DNA of 64,000 nt, from assembly GCF_964204865.1 (NCBI RefSeq), contig NC_135260.1, positions 7,378,001 through 7,442,000 on the forward strand. The letters are read 5' to 3'. Below, piece after piece: positions 44,501 through 59,239 of this stretch. The stretch is from Styela clava (lineage: Eukaryota). Under the pieces are notes generated by a model that made no database searches, was not told the origin of the DNA, and saw only the letters and a program-made list of their open reading frames with translations. The position numbers were made by a program, and so were the translations under genes. Numbering within the stretch: the first letter of the stretch is position 1; the number at the start of each line of letters is the position of its first letter.

Positions 44501-45872
44501 CAGGACTGCGTGTAATTGTGCGGAGACCACCAATGGCACCTCGATGAAGCTTAAAATTGTTCCGTCCCGTTCCATTTTAAACCGGAACGTCAATATTTCG
44601 GAAATGAACATCCCTAACCAAGGACGCATCAAGAATTATCAAAAGAATGGGTTTCAAAAACACACATTAAGGATTCAGCGCATCGGACAGTTCCACGCAA
44701 TGGCTTCTGAAACAGTAGCCGTAATTGCTTCCCTCGCTTGAAAGCGCATACTTTTCAGGGACCTCCAGACGTATGAACCTGAACATAGCATGTGTACCCG
44801 GTTAGGGTTCAGGTTGTGCGCCATCTTGGTGCACATACTTGGGGAGCGCCCTTTTTAAGATGATGATTTTCGCGTTCTGACGATAATTTAAGAATGAATA
44901 ATATTGACTTCGCCAACACGATTACTTGAATTTTAATCTCAGGGACTATGGTATAGTTTCCAAATGTAACAAAAGATACCGTGTGCTGTAAGTATATAAA
45001 CGAAACTTTGGCGATTTACAGTGTTCGAAATTCAGTGTCCTTTTGTCTTTCGCGAAATTCCTAAAATATAACTTATGTATTTTTTTTCTTTCATTTTTAG
45101 TACTGTATAACACCGCCTTTCAGTTCTATTATTTCTCCATTGGCAGTCGAATATTTGAATTCACTTTTTTAATAATCTCTGGCTTCTCGGCGCTGATGAT
45201 TACGATCCGATTAAAAAATTAATTATCGACGACTTCGTGGCGCGGGGCGTACCTGTGCAGACGGTTGCGGGAATATACCGTAGCTTATCGACATGTGACC
45301 AATGTTCACGGCCTAAATACCTACGTCACGTTGACGAAAGCGATTTCAACAAAAGAGAACCCTGGGAACATCGCACGCGTTATTGGCTTTTATTTTTTGT
45401 TCTTGCGAAAATTTCAATAGCGAAGAATGGGTGCACAATCTGTGACTGGTTCAGGTCCCAACTAGAGGCAATACAGACATGTGGCATTGATACATCACAA
45501 TGTCTACTTATACGGTGGCTAAACTTCTTACTCTCATCCGAAAAAAATGTTGATACCAGGATCGCTATAACCGCATTTCGCAGTAAAGTGGGATAGGGAT
45601 AATCACGCGGACATAACTCGTCGGCAGTACTGGCGTGTCCAGACGCTCGCTATCTCAAAATAAAATTCCTAAAATAGACAAGGCGACCAATCCAGTATTC
45701 ACCAAATTTCCAGTGATCCTCTAAGACGCATTTTCACAGCGAAATACCAACAGAAAAGGTTGGACAAAAAGAATTTATCTGAAATATTCAATGTGATTCT
45801 GCAGGGACATAAACAGTAAAAACGAAATCCAGTGATAGTGCAAAAACGAAAAAAATAAAACGTATAAGGACA

Positions 45873-48800
45873 TCAGAATCCAAACTTTTGCTTCTCCATC
45901 TCAATCTCCTTTTGTCGCCTCATGATGCGACTGTTTTTTTCTTTTATCTTTTTTATCTTGGCTTCTAGAAAGTCTTCCTTTTTTCCAGGTTTTGGGGGAC
46001 GATCGTCTCTTTCAACATTCGTATCACGCATTCTTCGTTTTTCCGATTTTGTTATACTGTCTTTAGGATCCTGCTTAGACTTTTTAGAGAGCACTCGTCT
46101 GCTTTCAATTTGCATTTGTTGTTTATCAATATTACAGTCTGAAGTATGTTTTCCAATACGGTCTTTTACACTATATCGCTTTGCTTGGTGATCGGCCTTT
46201 CTTTCTTGAATTACGTATTTGGCGGATGTAGTGTCTTTGCGACCAGAAACAAGAATTTTCCTTTTTCGATGTTTCATGTCCCGTTCCTTTTTTTCCTCAT
46301 TCATATCTTTTCTAGAAGACCTGTCATATATTTCCTCACCGGGATAAACTTTTTTCATTTTTGGAGCAACTCTTATATAAGAAGAAGGAAGGATTGGTTT
46401 TTTAGATCGCGGAGCATCGGAATCATAATCGTGAGAGTCTCCACCAGTTTCAGATTCTGATGATTCTCCAGAGGACTCAGAAGATGAAGAATTCTCGCTT
46501 TCCCATTTAGGAGATGTCTTACGTACAGGTTTTTGTATTCTTTCATTGTGTATAATCCTTTTCTTCGTTTCTGGTACTTTAGTTATACGACCCAGTCTTT
46601 CGTGGACAGACTTTCTTGGTTTCTGTGGCTTCACCTACAAAGCAGAAATTATTTATAAGACCAAATGATAGTCAAAAGTACAGGAAATCTCAGTGGTCTT
46701 TTTGAAGACTACACAGCTTGAGAATAGTTGTATTTGACTCTAAAGCAGCAGTTTACAACCATGGCTCCGTGGAACGCTAGGTTCGGCCAGTACAGAGTAG
46801 GGCTAGGATTCACAAACCACCAGGGGTACACGAAAAGATTTCCAGGGGTACTTGGAAGGCAGTCGAGTTTTTGTGTGTTGCCGTTTTCAATATCCTTTAT
46901 TACTACCAGAGGAAAATGTGTGTGTGTGTGGGTCCGCGTGGATTGTTTCGTGAATGAGGGGTATAGGGGTGGGCCTGGTATAGGGGTTCGCAAGTTGACC
47001 TCTAAATCGGGGAGTCTCTATATTATTATGTATATTGTTTAATATAGTCAAATACTTACTAGGGTTTGGCACTAATATCAAACTTGTTATACTTTAAATA
47101 GCATTTTGTTTTGCCTGCATTGGGTTTGCTCTAAATATATACTTATAGTTGATACAATTCAGACAATTGAACTGGATTGCCTTGAGGAATGTTTCATTGG
47201 GGTGTCGTTCCACAGAGAAGATTGAAAATCCCTGCTCTAAAGCCTATAAACTCTTCTAAATTATGATTCAGATTTTCCAATCAAAATTGACGAATATTCC
47301 CACTCTGATTTGGACAAAAAAAAACTTGACTACAATGTCTTTCAGTGAGACCTCCGGTAAAAAAAGCAATAACAGTTAGATTTAAAAACCATCATTAAGT
47401 GACAACGTTACTAAAGGGATCAGACAAAAGAAAGCATACTTTTTCGTCTTCAGATTCAGGTTTTGGAGAAGATTTTGGAACAATTCGTCTGCTGTCTGGT
47501 AATCGGTGAACATCAGAAGATTTCTCAGCTCCTGCAATGAAAACTTCTAAAATGTACACTGAGTTTTTAAAATTCGTTCATGATTTAAGGCGAACTAAAG
47601 TTTTACGACCAAAACGTTGTTTAGACTTGTAGAAAAAAAAATGAGATTGTTCAGGTAATTTGCAAGCAAGGAAATCTAGAAACATCTTAGTTTATTATTA
47701 TTATTAAGGCCATAATAAAACTGTTTTTAACTGCCTGCAAGATTGCAGTAAACAAAAAATAGCTGTTGGTTACAAAGGTAACCACATGACCAAAGGTGTA
47801 TGTAATAAATTGGGTAGGAACTACTTACTTTCTTTGATTATCAGTGGCTTTATTTGGAGGGGAAGGTGTGAATAGATGTTGTATAAAATATGGTTTATCT
47901 AGCATACCGGTTCTCAACTGGCCGTGGCCCACAGAAGCATGTTCTGGGCTACAAATCAATTGAAAATTGCTAGAGTTATTGATAAATTTTATTGTAGTAG
48001 TGATGAATGATGTTTCTTCTTGCTAATTGGTAATTTTTTTTTTCATTATAAAGTGGAAGTGTTTATTTTTGTGGGAACAATTTCTTGTTTTTCTTGTAGT
48101 TTTTCTCTTGCTTGAGAAAGTTAATAGGCCACAGTTTTTGTGCAACGAAAGTGAGCCACTGGAGAAAAAGGGTTGAGAACCACTGTTCCAGAATATTCAA
48201 ACAGCTTATACAAAAGCTATAGATATTTGAAGATTTTCCATGAAAATATTACAAAGCTGTAATATCGTACTGCTTTCAAACTTATACGTACTTTTCGTTT
48301 TCTTCGACTTAGTTTGGGAAAGTTTCCTTGATTTTCGGTTGCTGGAGATGTACTCACCATCGTTGCTTTCATCATCATCGAAGTTTCCTATATAAACCCA
48401 ACCAAGTTCAAACGAGAGAAATAAAAGATCAAAAACGAGACAAAAAATGGACAAAAAACAACAGAATAACGTGAGAAATAAATGCCTGGTGAAATAATAT
48501 TACTCATAAAATATATTATATAGAAGAATCGGTACTCCAGAAGTATGTGTACCAATATGGAGATAACTAATTTTGTTCGCCTACTTTACATCTTACGTAA
48601 GCCTGAGGGCAGGGGGTATATTCACTTGGCTAACACAGACAGTCCCCGAACTAGTAATAGAACTAAAATAGAAAAAATTGGAACAAATTTATGGCCTAAC
48701 CTGGTACACATACTACGGGAGTATCGAAGAATCAGCATTTAGATAATTACATGTTGATGCATAATAGTATGTCACCAGGAATTTCAGCACAGTGAAATAT

Positions 48801-51800
48801 ATTGCAAAAAAATACAGCATAAATAGGTATAAAATGATTGCATAATTTTAAATTGAATGCATAGTTAGTCAAAAAAAGGTCATTAACATTTTTCTAGCAG
48901 TGATAGAAGGATGTGTAATAATGTTAAAAATACTATTGAAATAACAAGCAACACTACTTACAAATATTGCAGATTAAGAAATAGAACACGAATATGGTAT
49001 TTGAAATAAATTTGGCAAAAATATTGATACAACGGAAATAGTGCAAAACTATATAAAGAATCAGGTTTTATTTTGATTGTAACAATTTTAATAACTATAA
49101 AAGATTGATGCAAATGAATTTTTTTAATAAGTATAATACAATTTTTTTTTAATTGGTGTCAATTTTTGAACGTACAAATAAGAGGGTTGTGGATATTGAT
49201 ATCATACTATTAGTACATACAAGTCTATAAATTAACAATTCTTCTTACAGGTACAAAAATGATATTCATACAAAACTACTGTTAAAAAAATTATTCTTTT
49301 TTATCATAGATTGTTAACGACCTTATTTATTTTATTACTTGATAAACTAATTTATTTGAAAGTTGAATCATAAAAAATTTTTAAACCAAAAAATTTTACT
49401 TGGAGGTACAAAAAACTATACAATTGAAAATTCGAACAGCCAAACTATCATAATTATTCACATAATAAAGTTATTGAGAATGTTAGTACATGAAAAGATA
49501 TATTTGTGGATGTCCATTTCTTAAAAAAAGTTGATCTTAACTAGTAATATTATTAATATTCTACAGTAGCGAATGGCAAAAATTGAATGCCTCACTACTC
49601 CGAAAAAATGTTTTCGAACATGGATAATCGTATATTTCCAAAATTGCCTTGTGTTAGTATGAAAAATTTTAACAAAGCATTTTAAATATGTAGAAATTAA
49701 ATTTAATAATGCAGAATAGTTGAGATAAACATTTTTCAAATGATTTTCTATTTTTATTGTGTCAGAAATTAGGTGAAAATCTATTTTGTGTGGCAACAAG
49801 TTTACGATATTGGATATAAAAGATTTCAACTGTTTGTTTTGGACACCCATTCTACAATTGCAGTAAATTACACAATAGTAAAACAGCCATTACAAAACAA
49901 TGAATTTTGCATTATGTACTGACCACTAGAAATAGACGCAAAATTATCAAATATTGCATAGGAGCAATTTCTGCTGAAGTGTGTATATACAGTAAAAACT
50001 ATGATTAGTAAGTAAAAGCATTAACTCAGTGATGCGAAGTCCCACTGCAGACCTACCATAATAAATAATAGCATAGAAGAAAACCAATAAGACTATTCGG
50101 CGATCATGACTAACTTATTTGCAGAAAACGAGCACTCCCCTTTTAAATCTAAACCAGCTTCATACATGGAGACTTAAATTATAAGACCTAACATTCTATA
50201 ATTTAAAATACCGATAACATTACCACATTTTTCAAATATCACAAAAATCATAAATAAAGTGTTCAACAGACCTAATACATCATCGAAATCAGGAAGAACA
50301 ACGTCATCCACGGCAAATACTTCTTCTTCCTGTACGTCAGAATCAGCTGCATCACTCGAGGAATTTTCATCATCATCAGATGAAGATGTTTCATCACTAG
50401 ATGGGGTTGTTTGTTTTTTCGAATGTATTTTTCTACTTTCATTGGCAGAGTTTTTTCTCTTATTTCTTCTGATTGTGTCTGTTTCATTTTCAGATTTTGG
50501 TGGCAGTACACTTCGTCGTCTGTTTTGTGGAATAGGGGAATCGTCTTTATCTTCATCTCGTATTTTGTGTTTATTTTGTTTCAGTTCATCAGCAGATGAC
50601 AGTTTTCTTTTCATAGTCAAATTTCTATCATTTTCAATTTGTCCAGATTGTTCATGTTTTCTTTTCTTTGTCGTTTTTATTTGTTTTTCTGATGACGTTC
50701 TTTTACTTGATGATGAAACATCAGTATTTGGCCTAAAATAACGAATAAAATTGTGATAAATTTTTTGAACGGATCTTGAGAAATGTACATTTTCCTTGTC
50801 CCATGAAATATTCTTGCTATACCTCACCATTGCAGAAAAATTACAGTGTATATATTTATTTTAAGTGTATATTCAAGAAGTGGCGTTTACAAACTGGTTT
50901 ACATCTTTAAATTTCCCAAAATGTACAAGACGATGCCCAGAAGAAGTACTGAAAGCTAATTTTAAAAGCATAGCTTACCCTGTCTATAAATGCAAATTGA
51001 TGGTTAAATTGTATATTTTATACCAAAACTTTGATATCATATCATAACAATACCGCGCAAAACATTTGAAGTAGGGTAAATGTTCAAAATCATTTGTGAA
51101 TAAGCCATTATTACAGAAATAATGGAAGTATAGCTGCAATTTGAATGAAACGTTAGCAGTTAGATTGATGGATACAAACGTGGAGTGTCGTTGATAGAGC
51201 GAGCCAGATGACTGGTGTGTATGAACTAGATAAAAGTCTCCACCAAATGGTGAAAAGAGGTTCTTTATCGTATGCTGGCATTTTTGGCTGACATTCAACA
51301 GTGAGCAATTTAGAAAAAATTGCACAGGAATTATATATAGCCATACCTATTTTGGAACTATCAATTTAACGAGAGGAGAACGGTTCACCTGCGAAGTGTT
51401 GGGGGTACATGGAAACCATCCAAACACGCTTTCGTGATGCACAATCTTTTAGCACACCTTCCGTGACAAGTTAGTACCAGAAGATGATGTACCAATTGCG
51501 GAAAAAAAATAAAAAACTAAAAAAAAGCGGAACTTCGCTTTGTGTGTTATATGTAGACTTATCTCGGGCATTTTGTCCATTGGTATATATTTGTATCAGC
51601 GCTTTTAAAATTGAAAACAATCCAATTAGAATGTATTCATACGCTCATTCATATTCAAATAAATATACGCGATTCAATACGTGAGTCAATACAAATATAT
51701 TTAAGTATAAAAATATTTATAAACATTTAAATCGTTAACTAATGAAGGACCTAACCTACCTTGTTATTATAATCCTCCTTGCTTCATTTAAATCAGGCAG

Positions 51801-54800
51801 TTTTATATTATCTGGTGAACTCTCTCTTGATCGAGATTTCGACTTTTTCTTTGGTTGTGTTGGAGGAGGAATGCGACTGCTTTTCTTTTTTAAACTTATA
51901 ACTCCTGTTTTCCTGACAGGAGAAAAAGCTCGACGCGATGTTTGTGAGCTATCTTTTGTCGATGTGGTTTTTTTCTGATGAGGTTCATCATCAACAACAA
52001 CATTTTGTTTAACAATCCCTCGTGTTTCTAGTTTCTTTCTTAAATCCAAGTTTTGATTGTTTTTTGAAGATGCCGAGTCCGGTCTGGCGGATATTTTAGA
52101 AGTCTTTACTGTTGGTGATGAACGGTCTTCTCTTTGTGACTTTCTCGATTGTGATGGTCTAAAATAATGAAATAATGCTGAAAACCAGGGAGAATTTCAA
52201 CAGAAAGTGCTATTCAGATAATTGCATCATGATGGTACCCTATAAATAATATCACTAAATGTTTATTTAATTCATCATAAATACAATGATTTGAAAAATC
52301 AACCAAATTACTAATAAACACTAGATTAATTAAAATTTGTCACCTTTCTGCATCTCTAGATCTCGATCTTTCTTGATTGTTACTTCCTGACATTGATCTT
52401 GTTCTTGGTCTTCTCTGAGTTTGTTTGGTTTCAGTTTTCTGCAATGAGAGGATAATCATCAGGTCAGTATAGCGATATACGATAGAACTTGAGTTCAGTG
52501 TGATTTTATTATTATTTGGAGTTAGAGTCGCTTTTTTAAAATTCTCACAAAGTGGAAATTTGAAGCTGAAGTAGATACTACAATTTCAGACCTTGATGGT
52601 GGCAATCAAAGTAAAGTTCTGTAACAAATAATGTACTAAGTTGACTAAGTATTTGCAACAGACAATTAAAGAGGGCCTGTATACAGTTTCGTCAAAAAAA
52701 AAGGGTTTGCTCACAGTTGGGAACTTCGTTGCAGTTGTAATTTTTCCCAGTCCAAAGTTGGAAACCGGGATTTGTGTATAAATTGGAAAAATATACATAA
52801 AGTCGGAGGAAAATTACTATTTGCATGTGAAAAATATCAAAAAAATTACAAATATCTTGTGCAACTAATTAATTAATTAATTACATGTCATTCAATGAGT
52901 CAGTCAAAGCGAGTCAGAGTGAATTATCATCATATTAATAAAATTTGAAAGTGAGAACAATAAAACTGATACGAGTTGTGAAAAGCATAATGTTGTCATA
53001 AAACCACAATTTCTTCGTCTTGTGCCTTACAATGGTAAAGTGGTACTCCCGTAGTATGTGTACCAGGTTAGGGTCAGGCCATAATTTCATTCTGATTTTC
53101 CTTATTTTAGTTCTAGTATTAGTTCCATATTGATTGGAAGATTAAATGTAAGAAACATTCAGATATTGACAGTAAAAATATGATAAAAAGATCTTTTCCA
53201 ATTTCATCCAAACTAATACATTCACCCACCTTTTCTTCAACTTCAACCTCACTTTCACTCGATATAAAACTTAGATCAGAAGTTCCTACGCTATCTAGAT
53301 CAGAATCCCTTCTTTGTCTTGGCGGAGAAAACTGATTTTGCTTCATGAAAACTGGAATTGTGTAAGTATTGGGCTGTGCAGGCATTGCCACTGTTGTTAT
53401 ATTTTCTTTGGCAGGTGGAGGATTCACTGACCTAAATAATAATATAACACAAATTGTGAATTGTTAAACAATTGATGTAAACGCCAAGCTCAATATTTAT
53501 ACTGAAACTGATTAGAAAACGTACTTGATAAGTGATAAAAATTGACCAGAATAAAAAATTAGAATTCGGTTGAAAACCGAAGACTTATCGTTCGGAGGTT
53601 AGGGGATCCCCCAAAACAGTGGTCTTACTCCATAGTGACACCGTGTGTCCCATTACTAATTAATTAATAACTCGCTAATAATACAACAAAATCCATCCAA
53701 AATTGATAGGCTCCTGTTCCGAACTATGATGAATGCACATGCAAAATTTGGAGCAGATTCAACCTCGCTTTCACAAGATATTGCGTGTATCGAACAGACA
53801 AACAAACAAACAAACAGACAAATACCTATCAACATACTTACCGATCTTAAGATCGATAAGTAATTAGAGAGCAGCATTATAAAAGTGAATATAAAATACT
53901 TCAAACAAGGGCTGTGGAGACGTAATTTAGAATGTTTTATATTAAGTATTAGAGTTCGGGTTGTATTTTCAGAATTTTGAATTCATCTGAGTTGGGAATC
54001 AGAATTTCAGATAGCTTTGTAATAATTTAAGTCAGGATTCCTGATAGAAATTCAAAAAGACCAAAATTTTTTGAGCTGGAATCCGACGTCTGAGTCAAAA
54101 TTCTTAGCAACCTAAATGACAGCTCCAAGTTGTTTTTAAAACAGCTCGAGTTTGGAGTCGCAGTCTGTTTCTCAAGACTTACATGTTACAGCATTTCTTC
54201 GAACTATATTAAAAATTTGTTTGATGTGAAAATTGTCAATTAGCCTCTATGTAAAATAATTTACCCACCAAACAGCTTCTTTGTTAAATTTTGAAGATTG
54301 TGTTTTTGGTTCATTAATTGGGAGTTCTACAACTGGAGGTGAAACTTTTGTAATCGCTTTCTGAGGTTTAGTATTTTGTTGTTTTGCTTCACGTTTTGCA
54401 AGTATCTTTTGTAGAGTCTTCGGTGGACCACTCTTGGATTCTTCGGCTATTTCGTCACTTGCCTTGAAATAACAGAACAAAATAGTCAAAAATAAGTTAC
54501 TTTATAAATATTAGTAAACCACAATTTACCAGATAGTTTAGACATCATTTCCTGAAATAAACATGATCGACTAACAGTTTATGAGCATCCCATGTATACA
54601 GAACTAATATTTTATTATCAGTAGCTATTTTTTCAATATCTTTTTTTCAATCCTTTTTTTATTGAGACCTTGAAATTGAGCAGGTAGAATATTACAATAA
54701 AAAAATCTTGCTTGATAAACATGGAGTAAGGTAACAAACAACGAAAGTCTGTAAAGTTCTGTTCAAAAATTCACCTTATTGAAAGTCATTCAATTTAATA

Positions 54801-57800
54801 TGTCAATGAGATTTAATAACATTTCAAGTAGCCTAATCGGATAACATAAGATTGAACAGGAAGCCCTACTCCCTGCTGTACAATTGTTGCTTGCTAATAC
54901 CTATCTTCATATCCAACAGACAAGATAAAAATATATGGCAAAATACTAATCAATATGCATGTACCTTCGAACTAGTGCTTGTCTTTCCTGTCGGTGGTTT
55001 AACTGGTTTTCGCTTTTCAATCACTTTTTTCTCTACTTTTACTGGAGGTTTCTTTTCTATCGATGGTGGTTTATCCACTTTCGTTGGTTTTTTAGGTTTC
55101 TCCTTTTCCGGTCTATCTTCGAGAAAATCATCAATAGCTGCAAGAATATCATCTTCCTCATTTGGATCATGAATTGATATGTTGTCATCACTAAGATGTT
55201 CAGTTTCTACAATGTTTTTGTCGTTTTCTACAGAAGATTCGTCATTTTCGTTTTCAACTTTTTCTCCATTTTCATTCTCGGCTAAATCTTCACCTTCATC
55301 AATTGCCGTATCGAATTTATCAACATCACTCACTGAGCTGAACGATCTAAAAATATAAATATTCCATGTTCAAAACAAATTGGTGGTAGACGTTTTCTCA
55401 TGGAGGACAGTGAAAAACGAGTGAAATTTTAAAAGTTATAAAGTAAATTAGTTGATATGCATACTATTCTCAAAAAGATCATCACTAAATATTCAAAGAA
55501 TTAGGTATGAACAAAGAAAAATGATAAATCTAATAGCAAATCAGGAAATCAAATAAAAGAAATCTCTGATTTGACACAAAAATTCATATGTTTGAATCAT
55601 ATTGAGTCAGATAGAAATATTTTTGAATCATTTTTAAACAAAATTGAATATTAGAGTCTGTTTTATAATTATTAATAAATAAAAGCCTTTGCAACATAGC
55701 AGTATCTGAAAAATTCTCGATTTTTAGCAATTTTTCTCTATAATTATGGTATATATTTTTATCTCAAAATGAAACTAACTTTTCAGAAGCGACTGATTCA
55801 ACATCAGATTGTTCTTCTTCCTCATTATCATCAGAATTATTTTTTTTCTCAATAGCTGTATGCTCCTCATCTTCATCTGACGATGAATTATCATATCGAT
55901 CAAACTTCGTTGGTACTTTTGGTTCTGGAACGACTTCGGGCTTAGATTTTGGTATATGTTTTTGATGTTGTTTTTGCATTGAAGGACGAATATTCCTTGT
56001 CTGAAATCTTTGTCGGACAAACTGAGACTGAGGTCGAACTGTGACTACCGATGATGAATGCATGCTGATTGCTGGCACTGAATATAATAAATTACGTTTA
56101 ATTAAATTTTACAATTTTGTGGATCGATATATCATAACAGTTATCGCTAAAAACAGAGACGTTTCTTTATCCTTCGTCCAAATCAACCTATCGATAAATA
56201 GATGTTTAGATAATCACCGAGCTTGTTCGAACTTTCATCAAATTGCTTCGATCTACTTATATCATATGTATCAACATAACCTGTTTTTTTAATTAGATAT
56301 TACTCCTCGATATGCTAGTGTGGTTTCTTTATCATATTCAAAACTACGCAAATTACATTATTTGCACACTGGTTTAAAATTTCAAAAATCAAATAGAAAT
56401 AATATCCACCAGTTTTGATAATCTGTGGCTGTTGTAGACAATAATAAAAACAAAACATACCTGAAGTGTTAGGACCAGGCGTTAGGCTGATCAAGTTACT
56501 TCCAGTATTTAAATCCCTCGTACCAGGTGTGGGTAGAAGAGGAGGCCTTAATGAAGGATTTCTTATATGATGAAAATTCCCATGACGAGGCCTGGGTTCT
56601 CTCATTCGAATAAAGTGTCCTGGAGATGGTCTCGTCATTACATGAAAATTTGGTGGTGGCTCTCTCATACGCAGAAAGTTTGGTGGGACAGGTGGCGCTG
56701 GTTTTAAAATCTGACCAGATGCCGGAGGTGGAAACAACCTCAAATGAAAATTCACTGGTGGGGTGGTAAATCGTTCTCTCAATCTGATAATATTCCCAGG
56801 TAATGGTGGAGGTGGAAGTCTCATTTGAAGTGGATTGCCAGATGGTGGCGGCAATGACATCAACGTCATCTGTAAATAAAAGTAAGTTAAAAAAAATGTT
56901 CATATATAATCTAACTCGCATTTTAAAATCGTTACTCTTGACACTTAGGAATTACAGTTTTATCATTAATAAATTTGGTCAATTTGCAAAATTATCTAAA
57001 TTCAAAACGTCTTCTAAAATGTAATTTGTATAAGATTCAAATGAAAATAATTGCTGTTAAGGATTCTAGAACAATAAATTATTCAGAAATAAAGCGTTAT
57101 GGAATATTGCTTATTAAACTGAAAGTTTTTTTTTCCTCATTTAATTCTACTCCGGGTTTAAATACAGAAATAGCAAAAAGGAATCTTGAAGAAGATAAGA
57201 TAATATTTGAGTGATAATTAAGAATAACATAACAGTTTTCTGTGAAGCAGCAAGAAAGTACTTTTTGTGGAAATAAACTGTTTTTCTTATTACTTAGATA
57301 TGTATATTTGCCAATTTTTTATCAAATAAATTATGAAACAAACTGAAATACTCATATTTCTAGCATGTGCGCTATAATCAATGGAAAAAAACTAGCAGAA
57401 ATTCTTAATGAAACATAACTTGTTGCTTATATAAAAATCAAGATCATTTACTTACTGGGGGCAAGTTGAAAGTATTTTGTTGTAAAGTAACTTGTGTTGC
57501 TGCAGGAGATCGATACTCTGTTGGGGTCTGTTGAAGTTCTGTAAGTCGCTGTGAAATAACCTGAATTTTTTGATTGGCTTTCCTGGTCATGAGGGCGGCC
57601 AAGCGTAATGCAGATAAATCTTCTTCATCTTCTTGTGGTTCGGCCTCCTCTTGTGCTTTTGAAGACAATGACGCAAGAGCAGCTGAGCGTAACGCAGTGA
57701 GATCTTCATCCTATATAAATCAGTATTATTAATATATCATTTTTGATTTTGAATTGATATGATATCATTTTTTTCGCAATAACTAACAGGTTGAGATGTT

Positions 57801-57805
57801 TTCAT
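45873..57805 (-). CDS. Uncharacterised ~1,198-aa low-complexity (Pro-rich, acidic, RS/K-rich) protein, probably nuclear
   Basis: Canonical phase-compatible exons: 57788-57805 (start tentative), 57456-57710, 56461-56869, 55780-56077, 54965-55346, 54269-54462, 53230-53431, 52344-52438, 51760-52158, 50272-50732, 48358-48387, 47440-47531, 45873-46634. Confidence 0.82.
46798..47234. mobile_element. Degenerate hAT-like MITE
   Basis: GGGGTACAC subterminal motifs and 3' end AGATTGAAAATCCCTG. Left end and TSD are unclear. Confidence 0.4.
47903..48185. mobile_element. hAT (Charlie-like) MITE
   Basis: GGTTCTCAAC / GTTGAGAACCACTG inverted ends. Confidence 0.55.
48531..48725. mobile_element. Merlin-like MITE
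   Basis: GGTACTCC..GGAGTATC termini with perfect 8-bp TSD GAAGAATC. Confidence 0.88.
53581..53864 (+). mobile_element. Helentron/DINE-1-like non-autonomous element (HINE)
   Basis: 5' ACTTATCG, core CATGCAAAATTTGGAG, (CAAA/CAGA)n microsatellite, and 3' hairpin ACTTACCGATCTTAAGATCGATAAGT (53836-53861). Confidence 0.7.
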
Positions 57806-59239
57806 GTAATTTGATCGAATCAAATTATCTTCAACTCTATCACAATATTTTTGAAAATAATAACGTATTTCTCCTACTACAGAGTTATCGTACCAGGGAG
57901 GCGTGTATAACTTGATATAAATTTTAAAACGTACAAACATAGGCCTAACTTTTAAATCAATATAAGATGAGAATACATAGGTTTAACAAAATAGGTCCAA
58001 GGGCAACACTTTTCTGCTTTTTACAAACATGATTATAATAAATGTAGTTTAGCATTACCAAGATCGCCCAGGGAATAGTATTCTGTTTTTTACATTTTTC
58101 AGAAATAATTGACGCCCTTTTTGGTTATACCAATATACTTTCATACTGCAGTACGGCACACTATACAGATCGAGCCACATTGTCTCGTTTCAGAGGAACA
58201 CATTTTACCGATGATCAGACACCCCTCCTTTGGGAGACGTCTGGACATTGTTGTCCCTCAATATCGGTAAAAATACTGTATAATGAAGTTGCGGAAAATA
58301 CTACAAAAAAGCGCAATCTAATAACGTCATCATCGAATTCCTTGAGAAAAAATAATCCGATTTACTGAAGGAAAAAAAAATTTACCGTGGCATTCGAGAG
58401 TTTTTAGCAAAACGTCTCGTTTGTGAGACACATGGGAGTGTTTGTTTTATTGTACCAAATGGAGGGAAATTCTTGGAATTTGGATAGTGTGCCGTACTGT
58501 AGACTACTGCAGGATCATGCGGCAATTTCTCCACGGATCGCACAAAAATCGGAGAATAACTACCAGTATGGTACCGAAATGCAGAATGTTAGACAAAGAT
58601 TTATTGCCACAAAAACAAAATCAACACTAATATAAGCATAACACAATAAAGAAAATATTTCAGCAGTAATAACAGTCTGACAGTGATGATTACCGGTATC
58701 ATGTAATTATGTAGTAAGTTATCAAGGGGCAATTTAGGATTTTGAGAAGTCATGTATTGATTGAAGCCGATCATGTCCAATGGAAGAAAAAAAAGTTTGT
58801 TTTTCATTGGACGCAGACCGGGATCAAAAATGGAAAAAATATGGACAAGAAAATAATATCATCACAGACTGACAAATTCAGTAATAGAGTGCATGTCACG
58901 GCGGAACTAACCTCAAAATCCATAATTTAGCAATATATGAATATCCCTTCTCTGTTCTGGAACTACAGGTCCCTTGGACAATTAGTCGGACGATAGTCGC
59001 AGAAGTTCAGCACACTAACAGAAGGAAGCTCCAGCCTAAAGGTGCGGTAACTTTTTTTCACCACTATTTTAGCGATGTCGAAGCTGTGTTGAAAACCGGA
59101 GTCAAGTCTGGTGTAACCGGAGCTATATTACAGTTCAGGAGAAGAAAATAAATTAACGCATTAAATTTTAGAATCTTTATTGAAAAGTATTAAAGATGTG
59201 AAGTATATTAGAACCTAGGGAACAAAAAAAATCTTTGCA

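Noticed and set aside
44450-44741. Possible plus-strand terminal exon (VFNAFQSG..)
   Set aside because: An acceptor-like site and open frame exist, but no upstream exons or recognisable domain were found.
50259-50741. Plus-strand Ser/Phe-rich ORFs (also 45922-46460, 54852-55177)
   Set aside because: These are antisense shadows of low-complexity exons of the minus-strand gene.
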